The position numbers were made by a program, and so were the translations under genes. From IMG/VR virus record IMGVR_UViG_3300044970_001982, positions 1-64,000 of that record: a stretch of DNA of 64,000 nt; one strand, given 5' to 3'. The notes under the pieces are model-generated. The model was not told the DNA's origin. It did no database searches and worked only from the letters and a program-made list of their open reading frames with translations. The DNA is from a virus. Numbering within the stretch: the stretch's first letter is position 1; every line of letters starts with the position of its first letter. Of the stretch, positions 16,398 to 26,565 are shown one piece after another.

Positions 16398-16913
16398 TTA
16401 ATATGTACTGAAATCTGAATCAAGATAAGAACCCTTATCTTCACGTAGGGCAGCTATCTGCATCGACTGCACCTTATCCATTAATTTTCTGGCAGATTCA
16501 GATGCTATTCTTGCAGCAGACTCCATAGACTCCGCAAGGCTTACTACTGCATCACAAGTCGTCCAAGCCAAGTATTCGTCTTCTGCAGCTTTCATAGCGT
16601 TTGCTTCTCGCTCTGCGTCGTTTTTTCCTACCATATTATACTTGTACACTTTTTTATATCGTGCTTCAAGTATTTTATATTGGGCTCTTGCCATACCAGC
16701 AAACCTAGAAGCTCTACCATAAACGTTGGATGATCTGGCAACTAGAGATGCTATCTTGTCTATACCCAAGTCGATAACATCGGTTTCTGGTATTTCTATA
16801 AAATATTTGTAGTTAGATTCCATGTCTGCATATGCATCTAGCACCTCTTGAATTTGCGGTCCAAGAAAGTCTTTCAGAAGTTCTTGCAGTTTATAGAATG
16901 ACTGATCTATCAT
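16398..16913 (-). CDS. Helical coiled-coil protein (possibly UvsY-like)
   Basis: Long Ala/Glu/Lys helices; function inferred only from size and context. Confidence 0.55.
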   Translation of the reverse strand: MIDQSFYKLQELLKDFLGPQIQEVLDAYADMESNYKYFIEIPETDVIDLGIDKIASLVARSSNVYGRASRFAGMARAQYKILEARYKKVYKYNMVGKNDAEREANAMKAAEDEYLAWTTCDAVVSLAESMESAARIASESARKLMDKVQSMQIAALREDKGSYLDSDFSTY

Positions 16914-17770
16914 TTGTTCTCCATTTTAAACAAAAAAGAATATTCTTCTATATCCTCTTCTTTTATAATGTTTTTTACCTTTTCTTTAATCTTTGTTAAA
17001 TGTTCTCTGATTGTATTTGGATGCTCATTAATTGTTTGAGATATTTGACTGGATCTTTTTCCGTCTACGTATCTCCACTTTAGCAACTGCCTTTCTTGAA
17101 CCGTCAATTGATCAAATGGTGATTGAGTTTTTTCACCAAGAACCCAAAACTGATCTATTTTATTAGTCGCTAACATTTGCTCCATGCTGATTTCTATTGG
17201 ATCTGCCTTAAATCCTACCACATAATCCTCGTCACTTTCATCATTTGTTGCTTCATCATCTAAAAGTGGGAATGTTTTTCTTCCCAACTGATCTATTAAA
17301 AATGTATCAACATTCTTTTTTAGTAAATAAAAAAAGTAACTGTACAAAAATCCACTAAATGGTATTGGCCCTTTAGCGGAATCTTTTCTTTCATATCTAT
17401 TTATGCACTGAAAGAATGTCATATGGACTGTTTGCCTGATGTCTTCTTCATCTCCATATCTCTTTGTCATATAATGTATGCCACGCATAGTTTCATTTAC
17501 GGCCTTCATTGTATTGTTATTTACTTTGTTTTTCATCAGCGAGAATCTCACAAAAGGATCTTTAATAAATAAAGATATAAACCTTCTTATGTCATAATCG
17601 GAAAGGTTATATTTTCCATAATACAATAAAGAAATATATTTTGTAAGAAAGTTGCTAAAAACTTTTAGTATCTCTTCTTGAGAAGATCTAATACCTTTTT
17701 TAGTTTCAGCTATTAGCCTCTGCATTTCCTCTTCTTCTAGTGCGTAATACTGCTCTTTATAACTACTCAT
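16910..17770 (-). CDS. Phage sigma70-family sigma factor
   Basis: Region 2-like EDIRQTVHMTFFQCINRY..PFSGFLY; region 4 HTH LTVQERQLLKWRYVDGKRSSQISQTINEHPNTIRE. Confidence 0.75.
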   Translation of the reverse strand: MSSYKEQYYALEEEEMQRLIAETKKGIRSSQEEILKVFSNFLTKYISLLYYGKYNLSDYDIRRFISLFIKDPFVRFSLMKNKVNNNTMKAVNETMRGIHYMTKRYGDEEDIRQTVHMTFFQCINRYERKDSAKGPIPFSGFLYSYFFYLLKKNVDTFLIDQLGRKTFPLLDDEATNDESDEDYVVGFKADPIEISMEQMLATNKIDQFWVLGEKTQSPFDQLTVQERQLLKWRYVDGKRSSQISQTINEHPNTIREHLTKIKEKVKNIIKEEDIEEYSFLFKMENK

Positions 17771-18333
17771 CTTTTTCCTTCCCAGTTAACTATATAGCTA
17801 CTGTAATAATCTCTTATGTCTTCGTAATAAACTATAAATGGTACTTCTATTTCTTTCATAAAATTTTTAGCGTCATTTGAATATTTGCTTATGACGCATG
17901 TTAGGTTCTTAAACTCCTCGGGGTAATATCTTTTAAATCTTTTTAATTTTATCTTACTTTTATCGTCTAAATAACCTTTAATTTCAATCCATAAATTGTT
18001 TCTGGATAATAAAAAATCTGGAGTGTAACCTTTTGTTCCCCTTTTAACTGGGAAAGAAAAAACTGTAGGCTCAAATTGAAAATCTATTTTGTAGATATTT
18101 AATATTCTTACAAAATTAGCTTCCCAACTAGATCTAACATTCATCTTAATGTCTTCTCTGTATCCAGTTTTTGTGTATTGATAGGCGTTACCCTTTTTCC
18201 TGACTATTATGGCGTCGTTTTCCAATATCTCTTTTTCAATACTTTTGTTTCTTATATTGTTTAAGTTTGGATGTTTTTTCAAAGAAGATTTTTCCAAAAA
18301 AAAGTCTTCTGGCTTGACAACATGTGCTTCCAT
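17767..18333 (-). CDS. PD-(D/E)XK endonuclease
   Basis: RSSWEANF..FEP..YTPDF..WIEIKG; probable start MEAHVV at 18333, with TGTATAAT upstream. Confidence 0.8.
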   Translation of the reverse strand: MEAHVVKPEDFFLEKSSLKKHPNLNNIRNKSIEKEILENDAIIVRKKGNAYQYTKTGYREDIKMNVRSSWEANFVRILNIYKIDFQFEPTVFSFPVKRGTKGYTPDFLLSRNNLWIEIKGYLDDKSKIKLKRFKRYYPEEFKNLTCVISKYSNDAKNFMKEIEVPFIVYYEDIRDYYSSYIVNWEGKR

Positions 18334-18412
18334 TGTGATATCCTTTATACCTGAAAAATATATTATCTTATTATACACCAAAAAATAAAAAAAAGAAAAT
18401 TCACAACAAAGG

Positions 18413-18441
18413 TTGTGAGTAGACACAAAAGGCAGTATAAT
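18413..18441 (+). promoter_or_regulatory. Housekeeping-sigma promoter, leaderless
   Basis: TTGTGA-17 nt-TATAAT, 7 nt before the ATG at 18449. Confidence 0.7.
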
Positions 18442-18448
18442 AGAAGAC

Positions 18449-18625
18449 ATGAACACACTAACAACAATAATCAATAGCATCAATCAGAACATCAACGAAG
18501 AGATCATTGACGATCTAACCTCTAATCTTGGCTTTAACCATGGAACAGCGGTTAAGATGGTTACTGAGTTCGAGGATTTTGATCTTTGGCTTTCTGCCGA
18601 AAAGAATCCAGTTCAGAATTTCTGA
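18449..18625 (+). CDS. 58-aa acidic protein (not in ORF track)
   Basis: MNTLTTIINSINQNINEEIIDDLTSNLGFNHGTAVKMVTEFEDFDLWLSAEKNPVQNF; has its own promoter and terminator. Confidence 0.7.
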   Translation: MNTLTTIINSINQNINEEIIDDLTSNLGFNHGTAVKMVTEFEDFDLWLSAEKNPVQNF

Positions 18626-18652
18626 TTCTTTCTACTGATACTTAAAGAAATT

Positions 18653-18678
18653 GGACCGGGAAACCGGTCCTTTTTCTT
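18653..18678 (+). terminator. Intrinsic terminator (possibly bidirectional)
   Basis: GGACCGG-GAAA-CCGGTCC-TTTTTCTTT between convergent genes. Confidence 0.85.
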
Positions 18679-19490
18679 TATCTAAAACTATTGTTCTTAT
18701 TTCTAAAAACACCTGTTCCACAAGCGCCAGAAGCTGCGTGATCACAATAGCTACATGCTCTGACATTTGAGGTTGGCAGGAAGTTTTTGTCTTCAATAAT
18801 ATTATTAATTGAACTAATTAGCTTAGTCTTTACATTATCTATATCGTCTTTAGAAAAAAGATGACCCTTCTTTCTACCTGATCTTAGATAATAAAGCTCT
18901 GCGTATATTTCTTTTTCTGGAAATATATTGTGCATCGCTAGTGCATATATCCCTAGCTGTAAATTGTTTGGAACCTCTTTTGCTGAGACTTCCCATTTGC
19001 CAGTTTTGTAATCAGTTATATTTACACGATCACCTATAATATCTACTCTATCTATGAAGCCTATGATTCTATAAACTCCAATAATAAAATCGAAAGCCAT
19101 TTCTTTTTCATAGATATGAAATTCCTTATCGGAATGTTGATCATAGAACTCATCTATAATTACAGAACCAACCGAAATAAGCTCAGATGGTATTAAACTA
19201 TTCGGATCCCAAATAGGAATGTTTTTGTCATACTCATCTTTTAATTCAGATAAATCTAAAACCTTATCATTATCTAATATATTTTCCAATACAGCGTGCA
19301 CTATATTACCGAGAACGGCTGGAGCATTAAACTGTCTAGGCTCCTTTAATATATATGAATAAAAGTATTTAGCTGGACACTGATTATATGTGTCTATTCT
19401 AGAGTATGAAAAATCTACTAAAGCTAATTTTTCTAAATCTGTAAGATTATTATAATTTTTAATTAAAACTACACTCAAAATATTCCTCAA
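18678..19490 (-). CDS. Cas4/RecB-like PD-(D/E)XK exonuclease with Fe-S cysteines
   Basis: SYSRI..CP, GNIVH, E, GFIDRVD, DYKTG, QLGIYA, CSYC....C. Confidence 0.88.
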   Translation of the reverse strand: MRNILSVVLIKNYNNLTDLEKLALVDFSYSRIDTYNQCPAKYFYSYILKEPRQFNAPAVLGNIVHAVLENILDNDKVLDLSELKDEYDKNIPIWDPNSLIPSELISVGSVIIDEFYDQHSDKEFHIYEKEMAFDFIIGVYRIIGFIDRVDIIGDRVNITDYKTGKWEVSAKEVPNNLQLGIYALAMHNIFPEKEIYAELYYLRSGRKKGHLFSKDDIDNVKTKLISSINNIIEDKNFLPTSNVRACSYCDHAASGACGTGVFRNKNNSFR

Positions 19491-19654
19491 TCATCTTCTA
19501 ATGGATCGTATATAAGATTTCCATTCTCATCAAATTCTCTGCCCATTTCGTCCATAGTATGCTTAGTGTGCATGTTAACGAAGCATCCGTTTTTAGTTGG
19601 GATCCAGCCAGTTTCGCCAATCTCCATATGATCACTTTCTTCATAGGGCCACAT
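19487..19654 (-). CDS. Hypothetical 55-aa protein (not in ORF track)
   Basis: MWPYEESDHMEIGETGWIP...YDPLEDD; GGAGGT RBS. Confidence 0.6.
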   Translation of the reverse strand: MWPYEESDHMEIGETGWIPTKNGCFVNMHTKHTMDEMGREFDENGNLIYDPLEDD

Positions 19655-19871
19655 GTTCACCTCCTACGGTTACTTCTACCTCAGAATAATCCTCTGCGTT
19701 TAAATAGTAACTTACAACTGTATGTAGATCTTTTAAATCTTTTTGCGTTAAATAAAACCCAACACATGTACACTGAATAAATAGTTTATCTTCATAATTA
19801 TATGTTGAATCAGAATACTCTGTTAGCTTTATATTTCCTTTTTGAACAACTGCTGGTAATAACATATTCAC
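19641..19871 (-). CDS. Hypothetical protein
   Basis: 76-aa ORF in a coupled operon. Confidence 0.6.
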   Translation of the reverse strand: MNMLLPAVVQKGNIKLTEYSDSTYNYEDKLFIQCTCVGFYLTQKDLKDLHTVVSYYLNAEDYSEVEVTVGGEHVAL

Positions 19872-20233
19872 TCCTCGTATATAGTAATTGGGTTCCAGTT
19901 TGGGTCGTCTAATTTTTCTCGCATGTCTTTTACATATGCGTCCCAGTCTCTTTCGTCTTCTGTTTTTCTTTCGTATTTAACTTGACCCTTAAATGGATTA
20001 GACTTAAATCTTGTCATGACTAGTTTTCCTTGCTGAGTTTTCCAGCGTAGTACGCCATTTTTGCAGTCGCAGAAATCATCGTTGTCAACCGCAATTTTTA
20101 AGTCTGGATCGTATCTTCCACTACAATCATTACACTTTGTGTATCTGCCTTTGTCTTGACATCTATTGCAAGATGTACAAAAAGTCCAACACCATTTCTG
20201 AACTGGGTTTATAGTTGGCCCTACACTAGACAT
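19868..20233 (-). CDS. Cys-rich (metal-binding) hypothetical protein
   Basis: CWTFCTSCNRC..CNDC..CDC. Confidence 0.7.
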   Translation of the reverse strand: MSSVGPTINPVQKWCWTFCTSCNRCQDKGRYTKCNDCSGRYDPDLKIAVDNDDFCDCKNGVLRWKTQQGKLVMTRFKSNPFKGQVKYERKTEDERDWDAYVKDMREKLDDPNWNPITIYEE

Positions 20234-23200
20234 TGATATCCTCCATTTTTAGTATATTTTCTATAATGTTTTTAGTTTTTAGACTAGTATTTTTGTTAAA
20301 TTTATAAATATATTTATGAGACCCATCCTGCATTTCTATGTATACAGGCTTGTCACCTTTAGATGATTCTATTATATCATATATTTTAGATATAGTTGAT
20401 GGACTAATATTTCGATTAACAGTAAAGACCATTGCCTTACCGCTAGAGAATAACCTAGAGTCTACCGTCTCATATGAGTTAAAGAATATTTTTGTAATTA
20501 AATTTTCTTCTTCACTTTCCCTATTTATTGAGCCGGATATTATTAATATGTCACCCTTTTTTATTGATGACTCAGATAAAGCCTTGGCTGAATTTGGAAA
20601 TATTATTATCTCTACATCAGAAGAGATGTCTTCTAATATTAGTTTGTACATTTTAGCCCCCTTCTTTGTTACAAGGGACTTTATATCTGTGACTATTCCT
20701 CCAACTTTAACATTTGAACCACTTGGAATTTCTGAAAGTTGAATTATCTCACACGTAATTTTTTTAGATAGAATATCCCAAACACCATTAACTGGATGAT
20801 CTGTAACATAAATCCCAAGTTCTTCTTTTTCTTTTTCTAAGATAGAAATTTCTTGTATTCTGTTTAATTCTATATCTTCAAAATTACTGAAAAGCTCATC
20901 TAGGGCACCGGCTGCGGCAAGGTGTTCTATTGTGCTTTTTTTCAAAGTAATTGGATCGCATCTTCTAAAGAAGTCATATATATTTAAATATGGTTTTTCT
21001 TTATCTCTAGCTTCAACTATGTTTTCAGCTATAGAATCACCGATTCCACTTATTGCTGATAGTCCAAATATAATTTTATTATCATCAATAACTTCAAAGT
21101 CTATTCCCGAATAGTTAATTGATGGTGGCAGAACATTTACCCCCATCTTTCTACAATCAGCTAGATACAAAGACTGCTTATCTTTATTTCCTACTACAGA
21201 AGACATTAATGCTGCCATATATTCAACTGTATAATTCGTCTTTAGGTATGCGGTAATATAACTAATCATTGCGTAGCTGGCGGCGTGTGCTCTGTTAAAT
21301 CCGTATCCACCGAAATACTCAATATCAGAGAATATTTTGTTCGCTAAACGTTCATCTATTTCAGAATACTTAACACAGCCATCAACAAACTTACTGCGCA
21401 TGCTAGCTATTTTGTCCATTAGCTTTTTACCAATAACCTTACGTAGATCATCAGCTTCAGCAGATGTAAATCCAGCTAGTTCTCTTGCTACTCCAAGAAC
21501 ATCCTCTTGATATAGCATGATTCCTAGGGATGGAGAGAGTACTTTTTCCAATTTAGGGTGCTCATACCTAACGGTACTTCTACCATGTTTGCGGTCAATA
21601 TATTCTTTGTCCATACCAGATCCCATCGGACCAGGTCTGTATAGAGAAATCAATGCCATAATGTCTTGGATATTTTTTGGCTGAAGCTGCGTCATCAATT
21701 GACGCATGCCAGAAGATTCCAATTGGAATACTCCAGCACTATTTCCTTTACACAGTTCTTCGTAAGTCTTCTCATCAGTAATAGGTATGTCATTGACATC
21801 TATGTCTATACCTCTGTGTTTTTTTACTAACTTAATACAGGAATCAATTACTCCTAGATTTCTTAATCCTAGGAAATCTATTTTTAATAGGCCGCATTGC
21901 TCAACCCTACCCATGTCCCACTGAGTAATAATTGGATTGTCTACACCCTTTTGCATAATAGGAAGGTATTCTATTAGAGCGTCTCTTGATATAACAATTC
22001 CAGCAGCGTGCATGCCAGTCTGTCTAACCAAACCCTCTAGTCCAAACGCAGCGTCGACTATTTCTTTTGCGTTATTATCCTTTTCATAAAGAGATTTAAA
22101 TTCCGCAACGTCCATACATTCAGTTAAGGTTTTTGATACACCCAGAACTGGTGGAGGCACTAGTTTTGCTACAGAATCTCCACCAGAAAAATCATAACCA
22201 AGGGCTCTTGCTGCATCTCTGATTGATTGTCGTGCGCCAGTTTTATTAAATGTACAAATATGGGCGACGTGATCGTGCCCATATTTATTTCTAGCGTACT
22301 CAATAACTTTATCCCTATGTCTATCATCAAAGTCTAAGTCAATATCTGGCATTGACTTACGACCTTCTACTAGGAATCTTTCAAACATTAGACCAAACTT
22401 AATTGGGTCTAAATTAGTTATATTAAATGCATACGATAGCACACTACCTGCTGCTGAACCTCTTCCCCATCCAACTCTAATATCATTATCTTTAGCCCAA
22501 TTAACCAAGTCTGATACTACTAGGAAGTATTCAGGGAAACCCATTTCTTTTACTACTCTTATTTCATAGATAGCTCTATCTATAATATGCTGTGGAAGTG
22601 GGTCGCCATATCTTTCTTTTAATCCCTGCCAAGCCAGTCTTTCAAAGTAATCTACAGATGGCTCTTGTGTTGGTATTGGAAAATTAGGAAAATATATATT
22701 ACCAAAAGACAAATCTACATCTACCATGTCGCATATGTCCATAGAATTCTTTAGCCATTCATGACTAAATCTACTATTCATTTCATCATATGACTGAAGA
22801 TAGAATTCATCACCACTAAAAGAAAATCTATTTGGAGTATGAATATTACAGTTTGTAGCAACGCATAGCATTATGTCATGAGCTCTGGCGTCGTGTTTAT
22901 GCACATAGTGACAGTCACCGGTTGGAACTATTTTAGCGCCAATAGTTTCTGCTATCTGCACTAATTGATTAAATACTTTTTTCTGCTCTCTAAGACCATG
23001 ATCTTGAACTTCGATAAAGTAGTTTTCCTTACCAACAATATCTTGCATTTTTTTTGCAGATGCGAGAGCAAATTGGTAATCGTCTCTTAGTAGTGCCTGG
23101 CATACTTCACTATTCAAGCATCCTGAAAGAACAATAATTCCTTCGGAGTGTTCTGCTATCAAATCATGATCAACACGTGGCTTTACATAATAACCCTCAA

Positions 23201-23561
23201 GATATGATCTTGAAGATAACTTGATTATATTATTATAGCCAGTATTATTCTTAGCTAATATTGTTATGTGATATGGCCCTCTTTGTTCCCACTCATTTTT
23301 TGCTGGACCAGATCTTTCTTCTTCATCCTTATCAAATCTAGTTTTTCTAGCTTGATAGAATTCAGAACCTAAAATTGGTTTTACTCCAACAGCTTTTCCT
23401 GCATCATAGAAGTCTAGCCACGAGTGTATATTGCCGTGATCAGTAGTAGCAAGTCCTCTCATGCCCAAAGACTTAGCTCTTTCTAAATACTCTTCAACTC
23501 TTCCATGGCCATCTAGCATAGAAAAAATGGTATGGTTGTGCAGGTTAGTCCAGTTTTTCAC
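20226..23561 (-). CDS. dnaE: DNA polymerase III alpha subunit (DnaE1-like, PHP ligands intact)
   Basis: LHNHT..SMLDG, TDHG, GRGSAAGS, MPDIDLD, LLKIDFLG, FNRAHA; C-terminal OB fold; no intein. Confidence 0.97.
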   Translation of the reverse strand: MKNWTNLHNHTIFSMLDGHGRVEEYLERAKSLGMRGLATTDHGNIHSWLDFYDAGKAVGVKPILGSEFYQARKTRFDKDEEERSGPAKNEWEQRGPYHITILAKNNTGYNNIIKLSSRSYLEGYYVKPRVDHDLIAEHSEGIIVLSGCLNSEVCQALLRDDYQFALASAKKMQDIVGKENYFIEVQDHGLREQKKVFNQLVQIAETIGAKIVPTGDCHYVHKHDARAHDIMLCVATNCNIHTPNRFSFSGDEFYLQSYDEMNSRFSHEWLKNSMDICDMVDVDLSFGNIYFPNFPIPTQEPSVDYFERLAWQGLKERYGDPLPQHIIDRAIYEIRVVKEMGFPEYFLVVSDLVNWAKDNDIRVGWGRGSAAGSVLSYAFNITNLDPIKFGLMFERFLVEGRKSMPDIDLDFDDRHRDKVIEYARNKYGHDHVAHICTFNKTGARQSIRDAARALGYDFSGGDSVAKLVPPPVLGVSKTLTECMDVAEFKSLYEKDNNAKEIVDAAFGLEGLVRQTGMHAAGIVISRDALIEYLPIMQKGVDNPIITQWDMGRVEQCGLLKIDFLGLRNLGVIDSCIKLVKKHRGIDIDVNDIPITDEKTYEELCKGNSAGVFQLESSGMRQLMTQLQPKNIQDIMALISLYRPGPMGSGMDKEYIDRKHGRSTVRYEHPKLEKVLSPSLGIMLYQEDVLGVARELAGFTSAEADDLRKVIGKKLMDKIASMRSKFVDGCVKYSEIDERLANKIFSDIEYFGGYGFNRAHAASYAMISYITAYLKTNYTVEYMAALMSSVVGNKDKQSLYLADCRKMGVNVLPPSINYSGIDFEVIDDNKIIFGLSAISGIGDSIAENIVEARDKEKPYLNIYDFFRRCDPITLKKSTIEHLAAAGALDELFSNFEDIELNRIQEISILEKEKEELGIYVTDHPVNGVWDILSKKITCEIIQLSEIPSGSNVKVGGIVTDIKSLVTKKGAKMYKLILEDISSDVEIIIFPNSAKALSESSIKKGDILIISGSINRESEEENLITKIFFNSYETVDSRLFSSGKAMVFTVNRNISPSTISKIYDIIESSKGDKPVYIEMQDGSHKYIYKFNKNTSLKTKNIIENILKMEDINV

Positions 23562-23767
23562 TAAATTCCTCTACCTTTATCTGAATCATCTAGAGCACGA
23601 TCTCTTGTTTCTCTATAAGTTATTATAACAATTCCGCCACAATACTTGCATGGTACTGGCTTACCTTCTTGGGCAAATGGGCTATTGATCATATATCTTT
23701 CTGGTTGATCAGACTTACATTCTGAACAAACGCCAATAACATCATCTGGATTTTGAATATTTGACAT
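23561..23767 (-). CDS. Small zinc-ribbon protein
   Basis: CSEC...CKYCGG; probable start MSNIQ at 23767 with GGAGGT RBS. Confidence 0.7.
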   Translation of the reverse strand: MSNIQNPDDVIGVCSECKSDQPERYMINSPFAQEGKPVPCKYCGGIVIITYRETRDRALDDSDKGRGI

Positions 23768-24962
23768 TTTCACCTCCTTTAGATTGTGAGATATATGCAA
23801 ATCTTACTGGAGATGGAGAGGATGGTTCATCGGTTTCAACAAATTTATCCCCAACTTGAACCCATCTATTCTTTTTTTCTAGAGAACATTCTCCGCAACC
23901 AACACCAACGGAATTAGCTCTTTCACATGTGTACGGTCTACCACCAATTCCTAACTGTCTTCTCTTAACCCAATCATTGATGTGACTATTTGTTTTTTCT
24001 ACATTATAGTCATCACAATTGCTAAGAATCCCGTGCAAAAACTCTATTGATTCTGGTGTATAAGTAAGTATAGAACACAAAAATAGTCTTGCCTCATGCT
24101 CTAAAAATTTATTATCGATAGCTTGTTGCCATAATCTTTTAATTGCAGAACAGCTTTCTAATAACTTTTTAGGAGTAAATACCTTATCCTTTTGCTCAAT
24201 ATCTTTAAAAGCGGATGAGCCATGTTTGCTAAAGTATTCTATGAAATTTTTAGATCTTTCTTTTTCTATTTCTAGCTCATATGTAAAGTTGCGAAACCAC
24301 TCATTTGCTTTTGCATTGAACTGCTGCTCTTTAACTGTATTATCTCTTTCTACTGAGCAATAAGTTATAAGGTCATCCTTTTCGGAATATAATATATCTT
24401 TTGGCAAAAGAGTTTTATATAGGCCAGTACTTTGATGCTTGCTACCAGGAAGTCGCCACATTCTTCTTGGATCATAAACGCTGAAGTCTAGGCACTTGAG
24501 ATTTAAGTTGCTCTTCAGCGTCTCGGCAATAAATCTAAAGATATTGGGAAGATTATTAGACGGATTGATACCCAGTGCTACAGCTTCGCATTCTATGTGA
24601 AATCCCTTTTTTCCAGTAAAGTACACTACAATAGAGTCTGAAGGAAGGTGAAAAGCTAAATATTCATATAGTTTAATTGCTTCCTGATGTGCTTCTTCAA
24701 AAGAAGAACTGTCTATATCGAAATACAAAGATGATAAACGAGTAGCGGAAGATATGTCTTGACTATTGTAGTGCCAAACAGATGTATATAGACCTTCGTT
24801 GTTATTTTCTTTGCGAAAATTTTCTACATTAGAAATATCTAATATTACTGGATTTTCCCCGTCTTTAATACGTATTACTCTATCTATTTTAGGTACATAC
24901 TTTGCTACTTCTACATACTTCCATGAAGACAGAAACTTACTATCGTCATTCGGAATTTTCAT
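23742..24962 (-). CDS. Archaeo-eukaryotic primase with PriL-like Fe-S C-terminal domain
   Basis: LYFDID, FTGKKGFH, DFSVYDPRRMWRLPGS; C-terminal C..IK..HEARLFL..YTC..GCGEC. Confidence 0.8.
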   Translation of the reverse strand: MKIPNDDSKFLSSWKYVEVAKYVPKIDRVIRIKDGENPVILDISNVENFRKENNNEGLYTSVWHYNSQDISSATRLSSLYFDIDSSSFEEAHQEAIKLYEYLAFHLPSDSIVVYFTGKKGFHIECEAVALGINPSNNLPNIFRFIAETLKSNLNLKCLDFSVYDPRRMWRLPGSKHQSTGLYKTLLPKDILYSEKDDLITYCSVERDNTVKEQQFNAKANEWFRNFTYELEIEKERSKNFIEYFSKHGSSAFKDIEQKDKVFTPKKLLESCSAIKRLWQQAIDNKFLEHEARLFLCSILTYTPESIEFLHGILSNCDDYNVEKTNSHINDWVKRRQLGIGGRPYTCERANSVGVGCGECSLEKKNRWVQVGDKFVETDEPSSPSPVRFAYISQSKGGENVKYSKSR

Positions 24963-25147
24963 ATAAGCTTTGCCTTCATTTCTGAATCAGATAAAACAAC
25001 CGAAGCTATTTTGTTACAGTCCTGTATTTCCTGTGAATAAGTTCTATAGTACACAGATTCTTTAATCATGTGTTCTATGTTAGATAGAATAAATATTCTA
25101 TTGTTTATTCTATCTTCTTTGTCAAGAATTCTTTCTCCACTTTTCAT
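24959..25147 (-). CDS. Hypothetical protein
   Basis: 62-aa ORF overlapping both neighbours. Confidence 0.5.
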   Translation of the reverse strand: MKSGERILDKEDRINNRIFILSNIEHMIKESVYYRTYSQEIQDCNKIASVVLSDSEMKAKLI

Positions 25148-25793
25148 TAATTAATTCACTATCCTCTATTACCGTATGTATTTTGCTTGCTATGTTATCA
25201 GCCAAATGAACAATATAGTCCATATATGTTATTGGATATGTTTCTGGAACGGGGGACCATGGACCGAGGTGACATCTCACTAATCTAAGTATTGTTTGAA
25301 TTGCTTCTTCAGATATAAATAGACTTGTTGATTGAGCGTCGTTTCCATATTCTTTATCTATTGATTGACATTTAGATACAAATTTTCCAACTGTATATGG
25401 ATGCATAGGATCATATACAAAGCTTTCGCCATCTGCGGTTGGAGTTCCTTTTGTGATATCATGCAGAATACATGCAGCGGTCAGCATGTCTATCTCATCT
25501 TGGCTTAGAGAGTATGAGTCTGCCATTATTCTAGCTATTCTAACAACTCTCTTAGTGTGAATAACATTGCCGCCAGGGCCATGTTCATCTGATGGATGAT
25601 ATTTGCCAGAAAAACTAGACGGAATCATCCAAAAAGATTCAGCTTTTAATAGCACAGATCTTACAAAAGAAGCTATGCTATCGTCCTGAATTAAATCTAT
25701 TTCTTCTAATAGGTCTTTTAGAACTTCATTTTCACTAGTAAAAACATCGCTAATGTCTGTCTTTAAAATTTCGTCTAATATATTTTTAGCCAT
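25122..25793 (-). CDS. HD-domain phosphohydrolase (YhaM-like)
   Basis: PSS..KYHP..GG..IHT..LHDI..CHLG..HLAD; probable start MAKNIL at 25793. Confidence 0.8.
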   Translation of the reverse strand: MAKNILDEILKTDISDVFTSENEVLKDLLEEIDLIQDDSIASFVRSVLLKAESFWMIPSSFSGKYHPSDEHGPGGNVIHTKRVVRIARIMADSYSLSQDEIDMLTAACILHDITKGTPTADGESFVYDPMHPYTVGKFVSKCQSIDKEYGNDAQSTSLFISEEAIQTILRLVRCHLGPWSPVPETYPITYMDYIVHLADNIASKIHTVIEDSELINEKWRKNS

Positions 25794-26565
25794 TCCAACC
25801 ACTCCATTTAGAACAAGGTGTATCAAAGGGACACTTTTTGCAGTAAGAGGTTAAACCTCTTCTAGGAACAAAGATTTCTTTTGAATATATTGTATCACAC
25901 CAGTATTCTATTGAATCTACATCTTCTTGCGTAATTTTGTATTCGTTAAAAGAAAGATTGTTAGATAATAAATCTATGTAACCAAATTCTGTTTCAGATA
26001 TTCTTTCACCATAATGATTTTTGAACAATAAATACATTACAGAGAAATCTACCTGATATAAATATCTTTGATTATTTTTATAGTTAAATATGAATTTTAT
26101 AACATAATTCTTATTATTTTTTCTATAAACAATATCTATCTTGTCTTCTACTCTTATTTTTGGATTTAAATTTATAATAAAATCTTCAGATATAGACATT
26201 GGGATTATGTCCATCTCACTATATAGCTCATGAAAGCGTAATAGGATTCCAGCTGCTTGAGTAGTCAAGCTTGAAACATTACCATATGCACTCTCGTGCT
26301 GTTCAGTAATTATGTCGTAGTGACTAGTATCTTTAGGAAACCAAATTTTTTCCCAACGATTAAGTAAAGACGAGTATGATGGAGTTATTCCACCCTGCTT
26401 TTTAAACCAAAAAAAATGTATTATATTTTTTATACTGTTTTCAAATTTTTGCGTATATAAATCTCTAGAGTAGATTGTTTCTGGTTTTTTTTCCAGATAT
26501 CTATAGTCATATAATCTTTCGCATAATTGAAAATCTTTTATTGCTTCAGATGTTAGTGTTAGCAT
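25786..26565 (-). CDS. Cas4-like protein with degenerate nuclease motif
   Basis: N-terminal CERLY and C-terminal CKKCPFDTPC retained; DxK replaced by IKFIF. Confidence 0.6.
   Translation of the reverse strand: MLTLTSEAIKDFQLCERLYDYRYLEKKPETIYSRDLYTQKFENSIKNIIHFFWFKKQGGITPSYSSLLNRWEKIWFPKDTSHYDIITEQHESAYGNVSSLTTQAAGILLRFHELYSEMDIIPMSISEDFIINLNPKIRVEDKIDIVYRKNNKNYVIKFIFNYKNNQRYLYQVDFSVMYLLFKNHYGERISETEFGYIDLLSNNLSFNEYKITQEDVDSIEYWCDTIYSKEIFVPRRGLTSYCKKCPFDTPCSKWSGWNG

Noticed and set aside
18334-18483. Hydrophobic N-terminal extension of the 17767 nuclease
   Set aside because: It spans a divergent promoter region and overlaps a plus-strand gene; the start at 18333 fits better
18678-19490. Cas4-like gene as part of a CRISPR-Cas system
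   Set aside because: No array or other cas genes; solo Cas4/RecB-like nucleases are common in phages
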